64,000 bases of DNA from Epithemia pelagica (GCA_946965045.2 OX337229.1:2666001-2730000), one strand, 5' to 3'. Positions 1 to 10,124 are shown, counted from the stretch's first letter. The notes: generated by a model from the sequence alone, not told the origin. Made by a program: numbers and translations.

Positions 1-397
1 CGAAAGAAAACTTAGATAGCAGTAACACTTACTGTAGACTAGCTTGAGCTCTTGAGGTGATCAAGCTCGTGAGGTCGAGCCAGTAGAACGATGATGATAC
101 GATGGTAATGCAATGTGGACAATTTCTAAGATTGTGAGCATTAGACTAAAGTTATTTCGAACGACGGCTCTTGTGATTTTTCAAACTGGAACGCATCCAC
201 ATGTATAGTCCATGTAGCACATGAGATACACATAGACTAACCGACCAAAAGAAATTGCTAACACATAATGTGTGATTGCTAACACATAATGTGTGATCGA
301 CTGAGGTGCGATACACATTGTGTGTTGCACATAATGTGTCACACATACGGTGGTGCGTTCTAGCCGTTGACCGTTGTGCACATAGATTTCCATAACT
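1..397 (-). repeat. 3' LTR of E1 (truncated by the window start)
   Basis: Matches 7769-8165 except at positions 77 and 366; abuts the PPT at 398-406. Confidence 0.95.
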
Positions 398-406
398 CTC
401 CCTCTC
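398..406 (-). other. Polypurine tract of E1 (GAGAGGGAG on minus strand)
   Basis: Purine run just downstream of the pol stop (416-418) and directly adjoining the LTR. Confidence 0.85.
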
Positions 407-415
407 ACAATGGTG

Positions 416-3400
416 TCACCAACCTTGATTCTGCTTCCGATTCGCAATAAACTTTTCAGCGACCAAACCTTTCGTGAGATAGTCGGCACGTTGGTCATGA
501 GTGGAGATTTTCGAAACCTTGGCGAAACCATTATTGACATATTCCCAGAAGAAGTGTAACTTGCAGTTGAGCCACTTGGATCGATCAGTGAGGCGTTGAT
601 TGTTCGCGAGGAGGAAGGCCGAATTGTTGTCTTCGAAAACCTCTGCAAGAATCTGGGGTGTATCGGTGGTGAAAGGAAGGCAAGCGACCATGTCCTGGAG
701 AACTCGTTGAACCACGATCAATTGTCGCATGGCGGCAGACAAGGCGACGTACTCGGCATGGAACGTTGAGAGGGCTGTTTCGGTCTGGAGTTTGGACTTC
801 CACAAGAGCGGGCTACCACAGAAGAAGAGGATGTAGACTGTCCTCGACTTTGCACTTGTTGGGTTATCTTGGTCCTCTCTGCCGTGCAAACCGGCAAAGT
901 CCGCGTCGACATAACAATCAATCTTGTAGTTGTTGTTGGGTGTGAAGATTGTTCCACGGTTGACGGTGCCGGACAAGTACCGAACGATCATCTTCACAGC
1001 AGAGGCATGGGATTGTTTGGGTTGGGATCCAAAGCGCGCAACTTGGCTGACGGCGAAAGCGATGTCAGGCCGAGTATTCGTTGACAAGTACAAGAGCATT
1101 CCAATGACCGAAGGATAGGACCAAGCTTCTTTCATTGGAGGGCCAGTAGGATCGGACCCGAGTGCAGTCGTCGAGGCTGGTGTTTTGTTTGGGTTGCAGT
1201 TGTCCATTTGTGTTGCTTGGACAATCTTGCTGATTAAGCTGGGTTGTGTCATGGTGATGGTGTTTGCCTTCTTGTCGACCACAAATTTGATACCAAGGTA
1301 CTCCGCAAAGTCACCATCTTGGGTTAGCTCAAACCCTTTCTTGTTCAACCGAGCGACAAAGTCATCGATGTCCTTTTGCTTTGGAGCAGCGACGCCGCAG
1401 TCATCAACGTAGAGGAACACGATCATGTTTGCTTTAAGGAATAGGCAAATGTCATGATCACTCTGTTTGAAACCGTCTTCCAAAAGGGCGTCTCGTAGAT
1501 GCTCATACCATAGTCTGGGAGCCACCGACAGACCGTAGAGACTTTTCTTCAATTTGAGACAAGTTGGGAACGGCTTGGACGAACGGTATCCACGAGGTAG
1601 GTGGATCCATACAGGTTCCTTTAGCGTGGCTTGAACGAAAGCATTCAAAAAGTCAACACAAATGAGAATCCAATTCTGTGTGAGAGCAAAGATAAGGACA
1701 AGACGAATGGTGCTCCAAGAGACAACAGGAGCAAACGTCTCGAACTCTCCCTCTTGCAGATCGCCTCTTACACAATACCGCGCCTTGTGCTTCTTGATTT
1801 CACCTGTCGGACTCCGTTTGTACTTGAACACCCATGTACCGGGGAGTACTTTGGATGTAGCGTCTGTAAGCGGGACTTCAATCCACGTGCCCTTGAGTTC
1901 AAGTGCTCCAATCTCCTTTTGGGCGGCGGCTTTCCACTGAGGCAAGTCCGAATGAGTCAGAATGTCGTCAAAGGAGAAGATGTCGGGATCAGAAACCGCG
2001 GCCTTGCAAACCTCGAGGTTGAAGAGGTTGGACTGTTGGAGCAGAACATGGTGGAGGTAGTATGCGATGGTTGGTGTTGGTTCATCGGCATGGGCATCGG
2101 CATGGGTAGCAAGAGCATTGGCGTAGGATTGCTTGCTACTGTCCATGTCGTGGATGAGACGAGTGGGTGCACGTCGGTTGCGATTGGAACGTCGAACGGG
2201 GCTTGTTGAGACGGTTGTTGGTGTTGTAGTGGGAGCCGAGATGGGTTCAGACTTGGGAACGGAGGGAGTAGGGGGCGATTGTAGTTGTTGTGGTGGTGGA
2301 TTCTCCCTCTGTTGAGGGGATGGAGTGGTGGGAGGAGGAGAAGGAGGAACCACGACAGAAGACTCAACATCAGAAGCAACAACCAACGGAGTAGAGGGCT
2401 GGGATGGCGGAGCTCCCTCTAAGGGTGGGGTCGGGGTGGGAGGAGGGCCAGGAAGAGGTTGGGTTGGAGCGGTTGACTCCATGGAACGGAAAATCTGCTG
2501 TTGATGTTGTAGATTTGTGGTGGCGGCAGCAGTATCAACGGTGGTTGGTGCTTCGTGGTTGCCACCAGTGTCGTCGTCATCGTCTGGAAGGAACTGGAAT
2601 GTACTATCACCAAATAGACGAGACCATTCGGGCGATTGAAAGTCAGGCAAATTGGTGGGATCCGTCGCAATGGTTTCGAACCAGTCGTCGAAAACGACGT
2701 GAAATTGTGGCGTGATGGCGCCAGTACTTGGATTCAGAACGAGTGGGACGGAGCTGGCGTGGTTTGGGCTTAGGCCCATAAACATACAGCGATGGGAACG
2801 AGGTTTCCATCTAGGAAGTTTTCGGCCGTCGGAAATCTTCTTGTCCAGAACGTAGACTGGGCAGCCCCATACGTGCAAGTCATGAAACCGGTTGTGCTCG
2901 AATCGTGTTCGAGTGAAAATGTCGTTAGGGCTGAGACCTGTTGTTGGATTTGGGACATGGTTGAAAAGATAGGCGGCATGTCGGACGGCCATCGGCCACA
3001 ACGAAGAATCGGCAAGGTCCGGCCAGTGGATTGCAGAATGAAGCATCATTGTTCGAGCGATGCTCATTATGGACTGGATGGCTCGCTCAGCGACACCATT
3101 GTGGTGGTGTGCTCCCACACCAGCAAATTGTTGTATTTGCCGAAATTGTTGAAGGTGGCTCGTGTATTCCTTCGATGTGAAGGCAGAGCCATTGTCGGAT
3201 AGGTATTGTTGTGGTACCACACCGACGTCACGACACTTCAATTCGAACGATTCCTTGGCTTTGAGCGTTTCATGTGTGCTCAAATGGGTTTGGAAGATGC
3301 AATCCACATGTCCGCTTGCCATATCGACGAAGATGGCTCCTCCACAGTACATGCGGTCGTCTTTTGTTTTGCCTTTTGACTCAAACAGCCGTCCTTTGGT

Positions 3401-3460
3401 CGAACAAACAAAGTGATCGACGGCAATGCATTGTCCTGGTAGGAGGTGGTCTCGTTTCAA
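416..3460 (-). CDS. E1 pol, C-terminal part: integrase core, reverse transcriptase, RNase H
   Basis: VDHF...FVDMASG, SDNGSAF and GVAERAI (integrase); KARYCVRGD, VDFLNAFVQA, SLYGL, LYVDD (RT); YVDADFAG, FEDN, ADYLTKGL (RNase H). In frame with the upstream ORF across two TAA codons. Confidence 0.95.
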   Translation of the reverse strand: MKRDHLLPGQCIAVDHFVCSTKGRLFESKGKTKDDRMYCGGAIFVDMASGHVDCIFQTHLSTHETLKAKESFELKCRDVGVVPQQYLSDNGSAFTSKEYTSHLQQFRQIQQFAGVGAHHHNGVAERAIQSIMSIARTMMLHSAIHWPDLADSSLWPMAVRHAAYLFNHVPNPTTGLSPNDIFTRTRFEHNRFHDLHVWGCPVYVLDKKISDGRKLPRWKPRSHRCMFMGLSPNHASSVPLVLNPSTGAITPQFHVVFDDWFETIATDPTNLPDFQSPEWSRLFGDSTFQFLPDDDDDTGGNHEAPTTVDTAAATTNLQHQQQIFRSMESTAPTQPLPGPPPTPTPPLEGAPPSQPSTPLVVASDVESSVVVPPSPPPTTPSPQQRENPPPQQLQSPPTPSVPKSEPISAPTTTPTTVSTSPVRRSNRNRRAPTRLIHDMDSSKQSYANALATHADAHADEPTPTIAYYLHHVLLQQSNLFNLEVCKAAVSDPDIFSFDDILTHSDLPQWKAAAQKEIGALELKGTWIEVPLTDATSKVLPGTWVFKYKRSPTGEIKKHKARYCVRGDLQEGEFETFAPVVSWSTIRLVLIFALTQNWILICVDFLNAFVQATLKEPVWIHLPRGYRSSKPFPTCLKLKKSLYGLSVAPRLWYEHLRDALLEDGFKQSDHDICLFLKANMIVFLYVDDCGVAAPKQKDIDDFVARLNKKGFELTQDGDFAEYLGIKFVVDKKANTITMTQPSLISKIVQATQMDNCNPNKTPASTTALGSDPTGPPMKEAWSYPSVIGMLLYLSTNTRPDIAFAVSQVARFGSQPKQSHASAVKMIVRYLSGTVNRGTIFTPNNNYKIDCYVDADFAGLHGREDQDNPTSAKSRTVYILFFCGSPLLWKSKLQTETALSTFHAEYVALSAAMRQLIVVQRVLQDMVACLPFTTDTPQILAEVFEDNNSAFLLANNQRLTDRSKWLNCKLHFFWEYVNNGFAKVSKISTHDQRADYLTKGLVAEKFIANRKQNQGW

Positions 3461-3517
3461 GGCGCCATCTCTAGCTTACTCGACCTTTGTAGTTCGTCCT
3501 GGTGCTGATCGTTGGCG

Positions 3518-6500
3518 TTATTTGCCAAACTGGCAGGCAGCACACATTGGAGGATGGGTCAATCGACTTGCCTGGGCATGGAGTTTTCGTTGTGCCTCCG
3601 AGGTGGCAAGGACGCCCGTGTGCATGAGGAATTGCACTGCCTTGAAGTTGATATGGCCGAATCGTATGTGCCATTTCATCAATTCTCGTTGGACTGGGTT
3701 TAGGTTGATGTTGTTGTTGTGTACCGTAGTGATGGTGTTGGCCAAAGTCGCAGTGGCTGCCTTGAGTCCTTGAGTGTCGTAACCGTAGGAAGTTGGTAGG
3801 TTGTTGACGGGGTTGAGGAGGACATCAATCGAACGGCGAAACTTGTCTTTCTTGACACCGCTGAGAGTCAAACCACGTGGATTGATGGAGATGGTCTCTC
3901 CTTGGTAGGTTTGAAGGAGACTGGAAGTGCTGAGAAGGCGGATCTTGGCCTCTGGGATGTATAAAGCAGGCACTTTCAGCGCTCTGAGCATTCCTGATGT
4001 ATCCAAAACATGCCACAGGACGGTTCCTCGTCCTTTCACTTCAACATCACTTGCAATACCGTTGACTTTGAGTTGTTCCACTGTTTCTGGAGAGGTATCC
4101 AAGGTACCATGGAAGTCGTCCTCACAGAAACTCATCGAGACACTGGCACCCGAATCCCAAACGATAGGGTAGCACGCTCCGTCGGGCATGGCCGCTCGTA
4201 GTTGTGTAGGAGACTGAAGGCTGGCTTTGAGTAGGGCGTCAGCATCAGCCTGAGAAAACATGAAGGCAGCAGCAGTTGGTGGATATTTCGGGTGCTTTGA
4301 TGGACGGAGAGGTGAACCAAACGGAGGTTTGGCGACGTTTTTGGGGACGTTGAAATCAAAGCGACGGTTTGGTGGAACGTTGTGTGGCCAACCAACAGGA
4401 CGAGGTGGAGATTGTCGTTGACTTGTAGGACGAAAACCACGGCGTCGTTGTTGGTGAATGAATTGGCGACGGTGTCGTTGGCGACGGATGTGATCACCAC
4501 GGAGTTGGCGTCGACGTTTTGTTGTGTCAGGAACGCAAGTGTTGGTGTTGTTGATGGTTGCTTCTCCCTCTAACAAAGCGTTGGCGACACGACTCAACCA
4601 AGAGCAACATCGGCGAAGGAGTTGAACCACACGGCGACGAGAGACCACGACGAAAAGACAATCGGCAATCAACTGGCGTATCGGATTGACCAGGTGCGAC
4701 AACATCGGCGGGGGAGTGTTGTCCAGGTGGGCTTGGTGACAGCGAAGACGGAGGGGGTAGGCACGGGATCGGCGATGATGTGTGGCGCCACCGGGGGCAA
4801 CGGAGGTGACTTGGGAACCACGTCGAGATGGCGACGGTGGCGGAGCGGCATCGGCGAAGGCACAAATCTGACGACCAAGAGGAGACGTGAAGTCTTGAAT
4901 ATGAACAAACTCCAACTTGTGGCACAAAGCAAGGACAATGCCAGTGCATCCGATCCAAAGACAAAGACCAGGAAAGATGGTAATGAAGGTCCACAAGGTA
5001 GCGCTTGGAAGGGTGAAGATCCAAAGGACAAACCAAAGAATGAGAAACACAACAAGAGTATCCAAAATCGTGACAGACGACGGACGAGAAGATATCGAGT
5101 TGACACGACCACTGTGGAGTGAAGAGTGGCCACGGGTTGTGCGACTGGAAAAATTCGGAGAAGCCGAAGAAGGCAGACGGTTCGAAATCTTTGGTGTGCA
5201 ACGTGCTGGTGACGGAGGACGAAAGATCTTGGGACTGTCAACTGGAGAACAAGTGTCACAGCAAAGAGTGTCAAAACGAGGTCGTGTCGAATGGCGCGAC
5301 GCTGGAGTCCTGTGGTGAGACGGAGACGGATGGTTCTTTCTTTTGGAACTAACAAACGGGTTCTTGGAGGGCGGCGACTTGGTGGAACGTGGAGATTTGT
5401 GCTTTGGAGACTTGTTTTTCTTGGTTTTCTTGGTGGAGCGATGAACGAATGGACTAGGAGGCATGACACGACGAGGACGTTTCTTGTGAGTGGAGGTGGA
5501 TACGGCTTGAGGGCTGGGAGTGACTGCGACGGCAAGGTTGTGGGCTTCGGGAAGAGAGTGAGGAAATTCCTCAGACGGGTAGATCAAGTCTTCTGGAGGA
5601 GTGTCGTCGGAGTCGTTGAGGACTGTAACGACGCGAACCGGTGGATCCTTGAGGGCAGGAGGCTTGGAATCCATCGCGTCGTCTGCCAGAGCAGACGGTT
5701 TGGTTTCCTTGTTGTCAACAGAAAGGGTCAAAAGGGCGAACGAGTTGCTGACAGGGACAGGGGAGCAGGCAGTCGTCGGTTTCTTGGTGGAGCCATTGAC
5801 GACTGGAGTCCAATCCTCCAAATTCAAGCTTCGGACATTACAATCAACCATCCAGGCAGACGGGTCCAAGGGGAGCGGTCGTGCCTGGGAGACGGACCCA
5901 GTGTTGGCTTGGTGGGTTTCGTTGGTGGAACCACGGTGTTGGGACGTGGAATGCGTCGTGTTCCAGCATGGTGGAGTGCATTTGGCACACCAGTGGAAGG
6001 TGCGACCATTGTACTCCTTGGTTTCAGGAGTGCCTGGCGGAGGAGGGACGGTACGCCACGGGGCCAATTTGCGTGTGCGGGAGGAGCGATTGGGGAATCC
6101 TCTCCCTCCACCACCACGACCAGAGCGTCCTTGGTGGTGTCCACGAGAATTGCGACGTCCGCGACCACCACGACCACCACGACCACTACGACCACCACGA
6201 CCACCACCACGAGGGGGACGAGAACCGGAGTGACGGCCAGAAGCAGAGTCTTGCTTGTGGGGGCAGTCGGCTGCCCAATGGTCGGGGGCACCGCAGATGT
6301 AACAACCGCCAGACTTCTTGGACTTGGTGGACGACGAGGAGAAATGTTGAACAAGAGCGTTCAACTCAGTCGTAGAGTAGTAGCCGGCGGGGGGAAGTTT
6401 GGAGTCCTTGTTGTTACGAGCAGGTGGCCAATCGCCATCGCCCAAAGCCTCACGATACTTGTCTTCAGCGAGTTGGCAGATCTGGCGAAAGCCAAGGCCA

Positions 6501-7366
6501 AGGTTGTTCAGGTAATCATTCGCAGCCGTCTTGTCGGTCATGAAGCGTTCTTGTTTCAAGGCCTTGTTCAGTTCGGATTGAACCTTCATCAACTCAAAGC
6601 GATACTCATTATTCCCATCGGCCATGAGGAATTGCTTGAGAATCGTGGCATTCAACTGGTGGTTGAAGAGGCCGGCGGTGTGCAACGTAGTGGCGCGGCT
6701 GGAAATGGCGAGAGCCATTTCAGCAATGTTCTGACCGGCATATTGCTTCGGGTGTTGGGACTTGATCTCGGCTTCTATACGAGCGAATTTTCCCATGGAG
6801 TCACTCTGGATGATCTGAATGAGCATCATCCAGAGGAGGGGAAAGTTCGGTTCATCGGGCATGCGTTCTTCCATTTCGAGACGAAGCTTCGGAGTCAAGC
6901 TATCCAACAATGTGAGACGAGCGCCGCGATCGTTGGACTTGTCGTACTGATCGTATTCCTTGAGTTGAGGTTCGATCGAAGTCTTGACGGCGTCCACAGT
7001 GAACCTGGTGTGGTGGGTCAGGGCGCAAACCATGCTACCGTCGGACGGGTCGGGTAGGTACATGATGGAATCCATCCCATGAGTCTGAAAATGATCCAAC
7101 AAATTCCTTGAAAAGAGCTGGAGGTTGTCGGTCTTGTCAAACTTGGTGTCAAATCCCGTGCACCGAGTAGTAAAACCCTTGTCATCATAAGAGGGTCGCT
7201 GCTGGGATGGTTGCTGGTATCCATCAGGGGTGACAAGGCCATCTTCCCATTTGTCCTTGGGTTTGCCACCGGTCCAAGCGGAGAAGAGATCATGCTTGAC
7301 TTGGATAAGGCCACCCATCTTCGGAGGGGTAGGTTTGAACGGAGTGTAGTCTCGGGATTCCGTCAT
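3518..7366 (-). CDS. E1 gag-protease-GAG_pre-integrase polyprotein, ending at a premature TAA
   Basis: CYICGAPDHWAADC zinc knuckle, RGG-rich tract, WCAKC...H...H finger, IVWDSGAS aspartic protease, WHIRFGH...CAACQFGK integrase zinc motif. Confidence 0.93.
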   Translation of the reverse strand: MTESRDYTPFKPTPPKMGGLIQVKHDLFSAWTGGKPKDKWEDGLVTPDGYQQPSQQRPSYDDKGFTTRCTGFDTKFDKTDNLQLFSRNLLDHFQTHGMDSIMYLPDPSDGSMVCALTHHTRFTVDAVKTSIEPQLKEYDQYDKSNDRGARLTLLDSLTPKLRLEMEERMPDEPNFPLLWMMLIQIIQSDSMGKFARIEAEIKSQHPKQYAGQNIAEMALAISSRATTLHTAGLFNHQLNATILKQFLMADGNNEYRFELMKVQSELNKALKQERFMTDKTAANDYLNNLGLGFRQICQLAEDKYREALGDGDWPPARNNKDSKLPPAGYYSTTELNALVQHFSSSSTKSKKSGGCYICGAPDHWAADCPHKQDSASGRHSGSRPPRGGGRGGRSGRGGRGGRGRRNSRGHHQGRSGRGGGGRGFPNRSSRTRKLAPWRTVPPPPGTPETKEYNGRTFHWCAKCTPPCWNTTHSTSQHRGSTNETHQANTGSVSQARPLPLDPSAWMVDCNVRSLNLEDWTPVVNGSTKKPTTACSPVPVSNSFALLTLSVDNKETKPSALADDAMDSKPPALKDPPVRVVTVLNDSDDTPPEDLIYPSEEFPHSLPEAHNLAVAVTPSPQAVSTSTHKKRPRRVMPPSPFVHRSTKKTKKNKSPKHKSPRSTKSPPSKNPFVSSKRKNHPSPSHHRTPASRHSTRPRFDTLCCDTCSPVDSPKIFRPPSPARCTPKISNRLPSSASPNFSSRTTRGHSSLHSGRVNSISSRPSSVTILDTLVVFLILWFVLWIFTLPSATLWTFITIFPGLCLWIGCTGIVLALCHKLEFVHIQDFTSPLGRQICAFADAAPPPSPSRRGSQVTSVAPGGATHHRRSRAYPLRLRCHQAHLDNTPPPMLSHLVNPIRQLIADCLFVVVSRRRVVQLLRRCCSWLSRVANALLEGEATINNTNTCVPDTTKRRRQLRGDHIRRQRHRRQFIHQQRRRGFRPTSQRQSPPRPVGWPHNVPPNRRFDFNVPKNVAKPPFGSPLRPSKHPKYPPTAAAFMFSQADADALLKASLQSPTQLRAAMPDGACYPIVWDSGASVSMSFCEDDFHGTLDTSPETVEQLKVNGIASDVEVKGRGTVLWHVLDTSGMLRALKVPALYIPEAKIRLLSTSSLLQTYQGETISINPRGLTLSGVKKDKFRRSIDVLLNPVNNLPTSYGYDTQGLKAATATLANTITTVHNNNINLNPVQRELMKWHIRFGHINFKAVQFLMHTGVLATSEAQRKLHAQASRLTHPPMCAACQFGK

Positions 7367-7751
7367 GGTTGGAGGCTCGGTTGGATGCTCAGTTGGGTCA
7401 GTGGGGTCTCGGTTGGAGTCTTGAGGGCCAGAGGGTGGAGCACCAGTTGGAGGCAGAGTGGTATCGACAGTTGGACGAGTTGGACGGGGGTTTCGGTCAG
7501 TTGGACGGTTTAGATCGGTTGGACTTGGATTGGAGGAGTCGGTGGGATCTTGGTTTGCGCTAGTGTCGGTCGGACCTTGGTTTGGAGCTGGACGATCGGT
7601 TGGACCTTGGTTGGGGTCGGTAGGATCTTGTTGTTCTCCCCACAGATCGAGAAAGCTAAACGAGCTTCCAGTGCTTGTGGGTGAGATGTCTTCGATGGTG
7701 GAAACGTTTCACTCGAGGATGCAGAGTTGCGTCGGCTTGGCTAGGCACTAT

Positions 7752-7766
7752 CTTGGGCTCAGAACC
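7752..7766 (-). other. Putative primer-binding site of E1 (GGTTCTGAGCCCAAG), half-tRNA-iMet type
   Basis: Abuts the 5' LTR and resembles the GGTTATG(A/G)GCCC PBS used by copia/Ty5 with a tRNA-iMet 5' fragment; one mismatch falls at the anticodon position. Confidence 0.6.
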
Positions 7767-8165
7767 AGCGAAAGAAAACTTAGATAGCAGTAACACTTAC
7801 TGTAGACTAGCTTGAGCTCTTGAGGTGATCAAGCTCGTGAGGTCAAGCCAGTAGAACGATGATGATACGATGGTAATGCAATGTGGACAATTTCTAAGAT
7901 TGTGAGCATTAGACTAAAGTTATTTCGAACGACGGCTCTTGTGATTTTTCAAACTGGAACGCATCCACATGTATAGTCCATGTAGCACATGAGATACACA
8001 TAGACTAACCGACCAAAAGAAATTGCTAACACATAATGTGTGATTGCTAACACATAATGTGTGATCGACTGAGGTGCGATACACATTGTGTGTTGCACAT
8101 AATGTGTCACACATACGGTGGTGCGTTCTAGCCATTGACCGTTGTGCACATAGATTTCCATAACT
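7767..8165 (-). repeat. 5' LTR of E1 (about 399 bp, apparent AG...CT termini)
   Basis: Repeat of 1-397. Identity with the other copy ends at 8166, and the PBS starts immediately at 7766. Confidence 0.9.
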
Positions 8166-9434
8166 CCCAGGATCTCATTCCAGGATCTCATGATTCGACA
8201 ATCAATCGCAGTCTTTTGATACCTCACTTCAAGAACAATACACTTTCTGCTTGCGGCAGAACAAAGCACACAGCCATTCATGGCATTAATCTTCCATACT
8301 CAACCCACAAAAGGGCCACACTTGTGAAAGGAGACAAAGAGTCCCCTGTCGTCGACAGCCATATTCTTACTGTCCGAATTCGCACCTCCTCATTGGTGCC
8401 TCTATTGCGCTTCACCGCGCTTTCATAGCGTGCGACTTCCTTTGTCAGCACCAAGCTTTCTTTCATATGGGTGCGTCTTCCTTTGTCAGCACCAAACTTC
8501 CTTTGTGACTTCTTCTCGCTTACGGAACCAATCCATCATCTCATTCATCGTGACTTTCCGGTGTTCCATTCATTCAGCGATTGAGCATGCACAGCTGCAT
8601 TATCGTCCCGCGTCACATAAGTGATATTTTATTATCGCTGGGCCGCATGGCAGGCTTCTCCTTTCAACGGCAAGGATTGACGCGTCCGTCATTGCCCAGG
8701 GGTATGCGCATCGCTGACCATACCCCTTCACTAGTCCGGTCTGGCTCCGTTGCAAGTCAGATATTCAACGAGACTAGTGGAACAACTTCATAGTTGACCA
8801 TGTGGGCGGATCATAAGGACATACTTAGTCCGATCCAGATATTTCCACTACCTTCCCAGGCCATTGTGCAATCATAGCTCATCATCATCTTCATCTCAGC
8901 CCAGAGTCTTGGGTCTGATAAACCAAGAAACGACCTCGGTGCTGGATGAAATATCGTCCAAAACAAAGAAGTGGCTACTTTATCTACCAACGATACGAGC
9001 GACTGGCGAGCGGCTAGGGCTCGCCGATTGCTAGCTAGATCGCACAAATTCCGGCCACTATCATAGCCATATTTTGATTCCCCTTGTTTCCCATGTCTTT
9101 TTTGTCGCGTGATTGAACCCTGCACAACCTCAAGAGAGAACCCAGAACCCAGTGGACGTGGACTGTGGTCGGTCTTACACAACATCGCTTGATAGGGAAG
9201 GCAAACACAGTTCTGGTTCATTTCGCTTGTGTTTGAACAAGACACAATAAAAGGGAAGGATCTATAATCATCAACAGAGCTAAATCACAACGAAAACATA
9301 GAAAATGGTGAGTGGAAGAAATTGGTGCAAGATCATCGTCCGAGTGTTTTGTCTAATCTCATTCATTTCTGTGTCGCCTTACCTGCTTTCTATTAAAGGG
9401 AATCAACAACCATGCAAAACCTGGTCTTGGAACA

Positions 9435-10124
9435 ATGCATGCCATGGGTGGACCAAACAGAGCCACTCATGATGGCAGCGAAGATGAAGTATACAAGGCA
9501 AATGTGAAAACAAGTTTGGACCGACAAAACACACAAGCCTTCGTCCCAGGTGCCGCGGATACACGAGTATCCATCCACGGAATGAAACGAGTTCGATTTG
9601 TAGATGAATCAAGGAATGAATATTTCCAGTTGCCACAAATCAATGACACAGAGCTCACCGAACGATGGTATAGCAAGAGAGAGTTTTCCATGTTTGCTTC
9701 CAACGCACTGTTGGTGGGAAAGACTATGCTTGTTCACAACGAGAGAATATACAACATGTGGGAATTTGTGGTTGACTTTTGCCGAGATCCCGATACTTTG
9801 TTCGAGGATGAGGGTGATGACGAAGCATTATTAATCCAACAAACGCTGATGCAACACTATTCGGAGATGGACACATATGGGCTGGAGAGCTCATTTCTCC
9901 ATCTGGCGCTACCTTCCTCGTGGCCAGGCAAGCAACAAACACGGAGAAAAATCCTTGGAACATTCCATAGGTTTGACCAAGTAATGGGAAAGACAGCTTC
10001 CCGGACTGCGCTGGAAGAATTCTTCCGAAAAAGCAGTTGCCATTTGAGTCAACCAGGCAGAATATTTTCAAGGATAATTGCTCTATCGTTGGAGCAATGT
10101 GTTGCTATGGAAAACAACAAGTAA
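9435..10124 (+). CDS. Hypothetical protein (diatom-type VRF...WYS..EF...YGLE family)
   Basis: 229-aa ATG-initiated ORF with RVRFVD, RWYSKREF and YGLE motifs typical of an expanded diatom family of unknown function. Confidence 0.65.
   Translation: MHAMGGPNRATHDGSEDEVYKANVKTSLDRQNTQAFVPGAADTRVSIHGMKRVRFVDESRNEYFQLPQINDTELTERWYSKREFSMFASNALLVGKTMLVHNERIYNMWEFVVDFCRDPDTLFEDEGDDEALLIQQTLMQHYSEMDTYGLESSFLHLALPSSWPGKQQTRRKILGTFHRFDQVMGKTASRTALEEFFRKSSCHLSQPGRIFSRIIALSLEQCVAMENNK

Larger units (their letters stand above)
1..8165 (-). mobile_element. Ty1/copia (CoDi-like) LTR retrotransposon E1, full length except the outer tip of the 3' LTR at the window edge
   Basis: Direct repeats 1-398 and 7769-8166 (offset 7768, two mismatches seen). 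Internal order is gag (CX2CX4HX4C) - PR (WDSGAS) - IN - RT (YVDD) - RNase H (ADYLTKGL), i.e. copia order. A primer-binding site (PBS) and polypurine tract (PPT) abut the LTRs. Confidence 0.97.

Noticed and set aside
5291-7057. 588-aa antisense ORF and other long overlapping ORFs inside E1 gag-pol
   Set aside because: Shadow frames of a GC-rich coding strand; low-complexity translation (poly-Thr mirrors RGG codons) and no motifs.
8155-8160. Canonical TG start for the E1 LTR at 8160 (plus-strand ...TTTCCA)
   Set aside because: Would require six further identical bases in the host flank and PPT spacer by chance, and the opposite end still lacks CA. Kept only as an alternative.
8167-8191. 12-bp direct repeat CCAGGATCTCAT next to the E1 right end
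   Set aside because: Both copies are on the same side of the element, so it is not its TSD; cannot be interpreted further.
8436-8510. Short repeats TTCCTTTGTCAGCACCAA resembling a mini CRISPR array
   Set aside because: Only two full copies, irregular spacing, eukaryotic context, no cas genes.
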